IMG/VR virus record: IMGVR_UViG_3300025251_000021
Span: 1 to 44,080 of that record
From: a virus
Lineage: Duplodnaviria > Caudoviricetes
Strand: one strand, 5' to 3'
Length of the DNA stretch: 44,080 nucleotides
Below are positions 36,706 to 44,080 of this stretch, one piece after another. Positions within the stretch are counted from its first letter, which is position 1. Each line of letters begins with the position of its first letter. The notes under the pieces are model-generated. The model saw nothing but the letters and a program-made list of their open reading frames with translations. It ran no database searches and had not been told where the DNA came from. Both the position numbers and the translations under genes were made by a program.

Positions 36706-37454
36706 TGCCATTTAACATACCAACTTTAGACGATATATTAGGACAATATGGGGTATCTACCTTAGATTTAACGGACCCGGGAGCAGGATATGGATATGGG
36801 AATATACAAGGAAGTCCATATTCACAATTTTTTACTCCTTATAACATAAGTCAATTTGATGAAGCGAGACAATCTTTAGGACAATTACAACAAGGATTGC
36901 TTTCTGATGTTAAACAACAATATTCTCAAACATTTCAAGATTTACAAAGTAAAACTGCGGGAAGAATGGGTGAAGCCTTTGGTGCACAATCAAAATCAGG
37001 ATTTTCTGGTGCTGGATTAATGGATAGATATCGTCAACAGCTAGGACAAACCGGATTACAACAAATTGGTCAAGCAAAAGGAGCTAGACAATCCAGTCTT
37101 ACTGGAATAGAAGAATTAATTGGTTCAAAATATGGACAACTTGCCGGAACTATTGGTTCTTTCTTAAGAGGACAGGCATCACAAGCATTAGGTATTAAAC
37201 AGGCAGATACTACAGGAGGAACAGAAGAAGCTGCAGATTCCAATACTGCTGCGGATGAAGCATTTATAGCCTCATTGAGAGATTTGTTAGACCCTACACA
37301 AAGGAATATTTTTGATAGTTATCTTAGTCTAAGTCAGAATCCTTCAAGAGCACAAGTGAGACAAATGTATACTCAGGTTACTCAAGGAACAGGTTACAAT
37401 ATAGGAGGCTCTGGTTATAATATGCAAGGAGGCTCTGGAGGTGGATACATATAA
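36705..37454 (+). CDS. Gln/Gly-rich internal virion protein
   Basis: Composition and position. Confidence 0.55.
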   Translation: MPFNIPTLDDILGQYGVSTLDLTDPGAGYGYGNIQGSPYSQFFTPYNISQFDEARQSLGQLQQGLLSDVKQQYSQTFQDLQSKTAGRMGEAFGAQSKSGFSGAGLMDRYRQQLGQTGLQQIGQAKGARQSSLTGIEELIGSKYGQLAGTIGSFLRGQASQALGIKQADTTGGTEEAADSNTAADEAFIASLRDLLDPTQRNIFDSYLSLSQNPSRAQVRQMYTQVTQGTGYNIGGSGYNMQGGSGGGYI

Positions 37455-39124
37455 TGGCTCCAATTAATTTAGGTCAAGAAGAACAGGGTGTAGATAGAAT
37501 AATGGATCTTCTTACTGTTTTGTTAAAAAACAAGAAGGATGAAGAAAATCAGGTAAGAAGAGAAGCACACGATGTAAAAATGTTCAATATGCAGCGTGAT
37601 GCTTGGGATAAAAGAGATCTTCGTGAACAATGGTTTCAAATAGATAGCTTAATGGACTCTGGAGAATTTAACAAAGCTTCTGGTATTATAAAATATGCCA
37701 AATTATTGGTCAAACAAAACCCTAATAACTATTTAGATATTGATATAGGAGCAAAAGAAGCCGAGATTGCTGCTAGTAAAGACGACTATACCTTAGATAA
37801 AAATGCAATTGATTCTTTCTTTGATGAACCTTCTACGCCTACTGATGCGGAGAGGAATGAAGGTTTAGAAGACCAAATGGATGTTTTAAATTACAGATTT
37901 AGTAAAATTAGTGATAGGGAAAATATACACCCAGCCCTTATTGCAAGGTTGGACAAGGAATGGCTAGATCCTAAGATGAAACTTCCTAAGTTTTTACCAT
38001 TTGCTACTGATGTAGCTAATTATGATGCAGAAACAATAAGAGGATTATTTTCTGGGAAGACTAGTATAGGAGAATATTCTGCACACAAAGATTATTCTGG
38101 AAACTATGCTAAGCAATATGAAAAGACATATGAAGCTTTAATACAAAAAAACCTAGATGATGAAACGGACTATACCCCAACACAAATTCGGGATCAAACA
38201 AGAGATATTTTAAGTCAATCTATGTTGCTTCCAGTTCAGAGTGAAGCTATAGCAAGAAGACACGAGATCGGAGCTGATTATGCATCTGGTTTCGAAAAAG
38301 CTAGCAGTAGCACAGTAAAAAATAAACTTGAAGAAATTGCTCAGGTAGAAGCAGAAATAGAACTGGCAAACGCTAAAGGTTTGACATTAGCAGAATATAG
38401 AAAGACTGATGGATATTTTGAGGAAATGGAACAAAAAGTTAAGGAGCTTTTTGGAGGCCCAGGATCTGCTTATGATAAATGGAGTTCAGATAGAGACGAA
38501 TTAAGTAAAAATGAAATTAAAGCAATAGAGAGGGCAGAAGCAGTTAAAGATTTCGAAGCCGCTGAAGAAGCATTGGAAGAAGCTAGTGGTTTTAGAAAAT
38601 TATTTGGTGCTCCTCAATTAAAAAAGGCGTTAGATAAAACAAGAGAAGAAGCTATAGCAGCAGGAGCTGAGATACCTACTATTGATCCAGGAGAAGTTGA
38701 AACTGTAATTGATATTGTTAACGAGATTCCAGTTGTTTCAGATGATATAGATAAAATAGCTGGTATTGGAAATATAAAAACTGAAAGAGATCAACAAATG
38801 TATCAATGGTTGGTTACAGGAAACAAAGAGCAAAGAAAGAAAGCAAATCAATATTTTAGTGCTAAAACTTCATTTAAGAGGGAAAAGGAGTTCATATTTG
38901 CCCCTGATTTAAAAAGAAGATTAAAAACAAAACCAGCTAGAGATGCTTATTCTAGAATTGTGTCTGGAGGACTATCTCCTCTTTCTGCATACAGAGAAGC
39001 TATTAAGGGCGGGAATAAAAATGAGATTAAAAGAACAAGAAAGGTCTTAGAAAAACGCATAAAAGATTTCAATGAAGATTATAAAAAATCAAAGATTACA
39101 CTATCACAAGTTTTAAATGACTAA
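37454..39124 (+). CDS. helical internal virion protein
   Basis: 556-aa charged helical ORF in the ejection cluster. Confidence 0.5.
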   Translation: MAPINLGQEEQGVDRIMDLLTVLLKNKKDEENQVRREAHDVKMFNMQRDAWDKRDLREQWFQIDSLMDSGEFNKASGIIKYAKLLVKQNPNNYLDIDIGAKEAEIAASKDDYTLDKNAIDSFFDEPSTPTDAERNEGLEDQMDVLNYRFSKISDRENIHPALIARLDKEWLDPKMKLPKFLPFATDVANYDAETIRGLFSGKTSIGEYSAHKDYSGNYAKQYEKTYEALIQKNLDDETDYTPTQIRDQTRDILSQSMLLPVQSEAIARRHEIGADYASGFEKASSSTVKNKLEEIAQVEAEIELANAKGLTLAEYRKTDGYFEEMEQKVKELFGGPGSAYDKWSSDRDELSKNEIKAIERAEAVKDFEAAEEALEEASGFRKLFGAPQLKKALDKTREEAIAAGAEIPTIDPGEVETVIDIVNEIPVVSDDIDKIAGIGNIKTERDQQMYQWLVTGNKEQRKKANQYFSAKTSFKREKEFIFAPDLKRRLKTKPARDAYSRIVSGGLSPLSAYREAIKGGNKNEIKRTRKVLEKRIKDFNEDYKKSKITLSQVLND

Positions 39125-39135
39125 AAGGGAATAGG

Positions 39136-42100
39136 ATGCCAACATTATCAGAACAAATAGAAGCAAGAGCATCTGGAACCCCATTTCTCCCCGGAGAAAA
39201 CGAAGAACAAAAAAATAAAAGAAATATGTGGGATCGCTTCCTGCCTCCTCTATTAAAAAAAGCATATAACGACTCCATTACCGGAATGGTACATCAAATG
39301 GTAACTGGAAAAAAAAGATTTAACCTACCAACATATGAGCCTGGTCTTGTTAAAGACATTACTGCAAGTTTACTAGGTTTTTTTATGCCTATTGATATTG
39401 CAACTGTTGCTATTCCTGGTGGTATAGCAGCAAAAGGTGCTACTATGGGAAAAACAGTTCAACGTACATCAAAGATGTTAGTAACTCGTGGAAATTTTGA
39501 TAAAAAGACAGCAGATAAAATAGCACATAGTGTTGCTAAACGAGGATTGGTTTCGGCAGCTGCTCTTGGATCATATGAAGGCGTATATGAAGCAATGAAT
39601 GAAGGAAGGAAAGAGATAGCTAAAAAAGGAATTTCTCTTTCAAAATTCGAAAAGATGGATAGGGATAAGATTTTAGAAGAAATGGTAAAGAAAGGAACAA
39701 CTGCTGGTCTTAAAGGATCTATTCTTGGAGGATCATTAGGCCTTGCAAGAGGAGCAAGATTTACAGACTTATATGGGAGAAAATACAATCCGCTTAAACA
39801 TTTCAAAGATACAACAGAAGGCGGTTGGTTAAATGAGGTGGTTGCATTTGGAACAGTATCTCCTGTTCTATATGAAGGAAGAGCACCAACTTTTACAGAC
39901 TACGCAATGGCTGGTGCAATTATTGGAGGACTTAATATTGCTCCTAAAATAGTATTAGCTCCATTTTCTATTGGAAGTAAAGCAAGAGAAAATGTCAAAA
40001 GAGCAAAAGAAGAATTTAAAAAGACTATGGATGTAATGGACCCTGAAGTAGCAAAAAAAATGGGATTCAAGAGCTGGGATCAGTTTCTCGGTTCAAGTAT
40101 GACTGATGATCTTTTAAAGTTAGAGTCGAATAGACTTCTTAAAATAGACCCAAATATGAAAAACGTTGAACACGTTGATCACTTAGTGAGATCAATTATA
40201 AGCGAAATTAATCAGGAACACCCTATGAAGTTTTTAAGACAAAAAATGTTGAAAGGTGACCAAATAAATCCAGAATATGAAAAGACAGTAAGAAAACAAA
40301 TTGATAAAGGCTGGAAGGGAAATCCTAAGAAATCATCATTTTTTAAAGGTAGAAATCTTGGATATGATGATGCAAATAGCATTTACGTAACAAAAATAAA
40401 TTTGGGAAGAGTTACTGAAACAGATCCTAAAGGTTCAATTTTTAGAAGATACGCATATGATGTATCTAAATCAAAGAAAAAAGCAAGGGAGCAATCTTCT
40501 GTAGATTATGGTATGTTTAGATTAGGTTCTGATATGCCTTATTTTAGTGAATCACTTGCGGGTGGAACTGAAATGTTAGTTAGTATGAGAGAACCTAAAG
40601 TTAGATATCACTTAGATAAAGAGAATACTAGAAAATGGTTTATGTATCATACTCATAGACAAGACATATATGATGCAACAGCCAAAATAGCAAAGAAGAA
40701 TGGAACATCATTTGACAAGGAAATTGCTAAAGTTAGAAATGGTATCGGAAAAGATTTAATTGATGATGCTGTTTCCAGGCCTGATACATACGGACCAGCT
40801 GCTATTGAAGGAGCATTTTTACAGCTAGAAGGAATGAAAGGCTTAGGTGGTGCGGCTGTTAAAACCAGAGGTGGAAAGATTAAACTTCCATTAAGAGAAA
40901 AACTTGATGTTAAATTGATGGATGCTAAGTATCAACCTGGTATTCGTGATATTAAAATTGATCCAACTGCTTTCAGAAAAAGATTTCATAGATTAAATCC
41001 TCAGCAACAAGAAGTATTTATACACCTTTTAGAAAATCAAAGATTCAGTTACCAGGATTATTTAATCTTTTCAGAAGCAACGAGACAGAATTTATGGAGT
41101 AGAAAATTAACTGATCCAACTTTTTCTGGTCCACTTTCAGAGTTTTTTGGAGCGTTCAGAAGTAATATGAACAACCTAGAACACCCTGTAGCTAAAATGG
41201 CTGTAAATATATGGGATGTTATAGATTCAGGCCAGAATGCTATGGCTGGATATTATAGTCATAAATTTAAAAGTGTACTGAATTTTGATTCACTCCTAAA
41301 AAAAGGAAGTCCTTGGTATAACAAAGATTGGCACAATTATATCAAAGGGAAAAAGCATAAATATGGAAAAACTTCCATTTCTGAAGATATGAAAAATAAA
41401 AATTTCGATAAAGATATAGTAGATGATTTGGCAAGAGCTGCCGGTAAAGGTGCTCCTCGTAGAAAGATGGATAAGATTTTTGATAAAGAAACAGGAAAAA
41501 CAACTTGGGTTCCTAGAATAAATAAAAAAGAATTTGAATTCCATACCCTTAGAAAAAAGGCAATTGAAGGTGTTAGATCAAATCTTAATGAGATGTGGGG
41601 AATATCTGAGAGAACATTAGGTAGAAAGAATTTGGCTCCAAAACGAGATTTTTATTTTCCTAATAAAGTTAGAAAAGAAATATTTTCATTTATGGCTGAT
41701 GCTGACAAAGCCATAAGTGCACAAATGGTAAGATCTACTGGAGATAAAAGATTAGAGTACGCAGTTACAGCGAGAGGTTTAGAAAGCGATATAATAGTTC
41801 AAGGAGAACGTAAAACAGTCAAATTAAACGAGACAACTAGAGAAAAAGCTGAAGGCGTTATGTTAGAATATCTAAATGGAATAAGAGAAAAAATTCAAGA
41901 GAAACTTAAAAAAGGACAACAGATTACAGGAAAAGATATGGTTAAACAAGGATATGTTTCTCTTGTTGAACAAGTTCAAAGACAACTTAGAAAAAAAGAT
42001 CCGGATGCGTCATACTATGATGTGTTTTTTGCTCTTAGAAATGCTGATTCTAACTATACATTTAAACCTATGATGGCAATAGAGAGAGCACGAGGAAAAC

Positions 42101-44080
42101 ATAAGAGAGCTTTTGAGTGGGTTGATATAGAATTAGCAGCAAAAAAAGCTACAATTGCTCCAAGTCAAATGAAACAAGGAATGAAAAACATACAAGAAGC
42201 TCTATATGAACAGGATGGTATGGTAGTTCTGAGCGATTATGTTAATCAATGGTCTTCAAGAATGATGCAGGCTAAATATTTGGGAAGAAGAGGAGAAAGA
42301 TTAAACTCTATGTTAAGTAGAATTCCCGCTGATAAAAGATTGAAAGGTTCTCTAAAGATGCCGGATTGGTTAGGAGGACACTCTTGGGAAGCATTGACTC
42401 CCACTACAGAGAAATCAGCTATAAAACTAGTGTCAGACATAATGACAAATAAGATTAGTTTAAACAATATGAGTACTCCAGCACAGGTGATGACAAAGGT
42501 AAACAATCTTGAAATGGCGTTTAAAATTAATGCAGGTTATGCTGCCTTGTTAAATGTAACACAAACTTTTATTTCAACAGCTCAAGTTGCAGGATTTTGG
42601 AGAACTGTGAGTGCAGCGAAAGATTCTTTAATTCTTAACCCTGAAAAAAGAAAATTAATTAATGCTGTGACAAATAATTTACAATTAATAGATGAAGTTT
42701 TTGGAGGAAACACTGGATTGGATATTGCAGCAACTCAATATAGAAGAGAATCCACCGGTGTCATATCTCAATTTGTAGACAGTATTTTAGGTACAAGTGG
42801 AGATAGAATAGGTTCTTTTGTTAATTGGACTGGAACTGTGTCAGGGTTTAATGCTATAAATAAAATTAATTCTATGATTGCTGGCGCTGCAGCAGAAAAA
42901 TTAATGCAAGATATGGCTAGAGTTGTGAGTGGAAAAGAAAGAGGAGCTTGGGGTAAGGCTATGTCTAAGATTGCTCCAGAACATAGAAAGGCTTGGGCTG
43001 CAGATAAATTAAGAGCAATGGGATTAAATATTGACTCCAAACATAAAAACTCTATTCTATATTTTGATAGAAAAGCAGGAAGACAGGTTTCTACAGAAGC
43101 TTGGATGAAAAATAATCAACCTGAAGTTTTAAGAATAATGCATAAATTTGCTGCAGATACTCAGTTAAAGAGAAGTTTTGTAAGAGACCCTATCCTATTG
43201 CAAAACCCTAATACAAAGGCTTTTTTAATATTCAAGAGATTCGCGTATAGACAGCCTCAACTAATATATGATACATTAAAAAGAGAGTGGTTAAATGGAA
43301 ATGTTGTTCCTGTATTATCTCTTGGTATGGCAGGTTTCGGTGGCGGACAGTTTGTATTAGCAGCTAAAGAATGGATAACTGAGGCTCTAACAGGAGAAGA
43401 ACATTTTACAACAAGAAATAGAAGAGCAAAATTATTAGAAAAAGGATTCGGAGATGTAACGTTTGATAAATTTTTAAATGGTGTTTCTAGTGTTGGTGCA
43501 TTTGGTATGGTAGGAGAATTAATATCTGATGAAGAACCTATGAACGCAGTAAATTTCTTTTTAAAACCTGTGGTACTAGATGATATGATGAAAATAGGAA
43601 GAGCATTTCAATCTTTCCAAAAATCAACTGAAACACACTATCCTCAAGGAGGTATGGGTGCCCCTATAAAAGCAGCGATTAAAACAGGTTCTTCTATAGT
43701 TGGTGGATATCCTCAAAAAGTATTAAAAAGAATTGAAACTGAAAAACAAACTAAAGATAGAGTTAGACAAATGAAAAGAAATGCTATTGTTGCAGCAAAA
43801 GATGCTATTATTGGAGGCAATGGAAGAGAAGCCTCAATGATTGTAGATGAATATAATAAAGCTTGGTCAGGAACATATCCATCTCTAAGAATAGAACCAG
43901 AAGATTTTTCAGGTAGTACCAATGATGTTTGGTGTGAATATTATTATGCCTGGCACACAATGCACGGTGGTTGCACAAGCGGTCTTAGGATGTTCAATAC
44001 AGACGGTCGTTTTCAAGGACAGCATGTAAGAGCATACAACGGATTAAGCGGCGCTACCGCAATGTTCGAAGAGTCGAAAC
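39136..44080 (+). CDS. large (>1640 aa) internal virion/ejection protein, truncated by the window end
   Basis: ATG 39136 (MPTLSEQIEARASG...); same frame reads as open wherever I checked, including the last line; absent from the ORF track presumably because it has no stop. Confidence 0.75.
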   Translation, partial: MPTLSEQIEARASGTPFLPGENEEQKNKRNMWDRFLPPLLKKAYNDSITGMVHQMVTGKKRFNLPTYEPGLVKDITASLLGFFMPIDIATVAIPGGIAAKGATMGKTVQRTSKMLVTRGNFDKKTADKIAHSVAKRGLVSAAALGSYEGVYEAMNEGRKEIAKKGISLSKFEKMDRDKILEEMVKKGTTAGLKGSILGGSLGLARGARFTDLYGRKYNPLKHFKDTTEGGWLNEVVAFGTVSPVLYEGRAPTFTDYAMAGAIIGGLNIAPKIVLAPFSIGSKARENVKRAKEEFKKTMDVMDPEVAKKMGFKSWDQFLGSSMTDDLLKLESNRLLKIDPNMKNVEHVDHLVRSIISEINQEHPMKFLRQKMLKGDQINPEYEKTVRKQIDKGWKGNPKKSSFFKGRNLGYDDANSIYVTKINLGRVTETDPKGSIFRRYAYDVSKSKKKAREQSSVDYGMFRLGSDMPYFSESLAGGTEMLVSMREPKVRYHLDKENTRKWFMYHTHRQDIYDATAKIAKKNGTSFDKEIAKVRNGIGKDLIDDAVSRPDTYGPAAIEGAFLQLEGMKGLGGAAVKTRGGKIKLPLREKLDVKLMDAKYQPGIRDIKIDPTAFRKRFHRLNPQQQEVFIHLLENQRFSYQDYLIFSEATRQNLWSRKLTDPTFSGPLSEFFGAFRSNMNNLEHPVAKMAVNIWDVIDSGQNAMAGYYSHKFKSVLNFDSLLKKGSPWYNKDWHNYIKGKKHKYGKTSISEDMKNKNFDKDIVDDLARAAGKGAPRRKMDKIFDKETGKTTWVPRINKKEFEFHTLRKKAIEGVRSNLNEMWGISERTLGRKNLAPKRDFYFPNKVRKEIFSFMADADKAISAQMVRSTGDKRLEYAVTARGLESDIIVQGERKTVKLNETTREKAEGVMLEYLNGIREKIQEKLKKGQQITGKDMVKQGYVSLVEQVQRQLRKKDPDASYYDVFFALRNADSNYTFKPMMAIERARGKHKRAFEWVDIELAAKKATIAPSQMKQGMKNIQEALYEQDGMVVLSDYVNQWSSRMMQAKYLGRRGERLNSMLSRIPADKRLKGSLKMPDWLGGHSWEALTPTTEKSAIKLVSDIMTNKISLNNMSTPAQVMTKVNNLEMAFKINAGYAALLNVTQTFISTAQVAGFWRTVSAAKDSLILNPEKRKLINAVTNNLQLIDEVFGGNTGLDIAATQYRRESTGVISQFVDSILGTSGDRIGSFVNWTGTVSGFNAINKINSMIAGAAAEKLMQDMARVVSGKERGAWGKAMSKIAPEHRKAWAADKLRAMGLNIDSKHKNSILYFDRKAGRQVSTEAWMKNNQPEVLRIMHKFAADTQLKRSFVRDPILLQNPNTKAFLIFKRFAYRQPQLIYDTLKREWLNGNVVPVLSLGMAGFGGGQFVLAAKEWITEALTGEEHFTTRNRRAKLLEKGFGDVTFDKFLNGVSSVGAFGMVGELISDEEPMNAVNFFLKPVVLDDMMKIGRAFQSFQKSTETHYPQGGMGAPIKAAIKTGSSIVGGYPQKVLKRIETEKQTKDRVRQMKRNAIVAAKDAIIGGNGREASMIVDEYNKAWSGTYPSLRIEPEDFSGSTNDVWCEYYYAWHTMHGGCTSGLRMFNTDGRFQGQHVRAYNGLSGATAMFEESK

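Noticed and set aside
236-43922. Short antisense or overlapping ORFs in the track (e.g. 553..801, 3988..4275, 10395..11073, 29112..29387, 39459..39806)
   Set aside because: They are shadows of real genes or of repeat DNA, with no RBS or protein-like features
39136-44080. Virion RNA polymerase
   Set aside because: No DxDGD or T7-like catalytic motifs noticed; not excluded without a profile search
43911-44080. DGR variable repeat
   Set aside because: No template repeat or reverse transcriptase in the window
1-44080. Stop-codon reassignment, tRNAs, integrase/att sites, introns
   Set aside because: TAA, TAG and TGA all end genes and long ORFs are intact under code 11; no cloverleaf, recombinase or split gene was seen

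Overview
About 44 kb of an AT-rich, apparently lytic podovirus-like tailed phage with two divergent arms. The left arm (1-9411, minus strand) holds early and recombination genes: an SSB-like protein, a Rad52/Sak annealase, a Cas4-like nuclease, an RHH regulator, and a glutamine amidotransferase plus Zn-finger amidoligase pair. The right arm (11399-end, plus strand) holds nucleotide/nuclease genes, terminases, a gamma-glutamylcyclotransferase, portal, scaffold, capsid, tail, a membrane/holin module, a 1948-aa S74-chaperoned fibre, a lysozyme-like enzyme and ejection proteins. The arms are separated by a ~2 kb mostly non-coding switch region with one orphan gene and covarying hairpin repeats. 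Best new signals: (1) a pseudoknotted type I hammerhead ribozyme in the leader of the amidotransferase-amidoligase operon; (2) a family of covarying hairpins carrying a TCTCTATYNNGC motif; (3) a ~130-nt rod-like ncRNA candidate; (4) apparent genome-wide CATG avoidance that may extend to non-ATG start codons; (5) a secreted thioredoxin-fold plus outer-membrane-protein cassette beside the holin. All family assignments come from motif recognition by eye, not from database searches.
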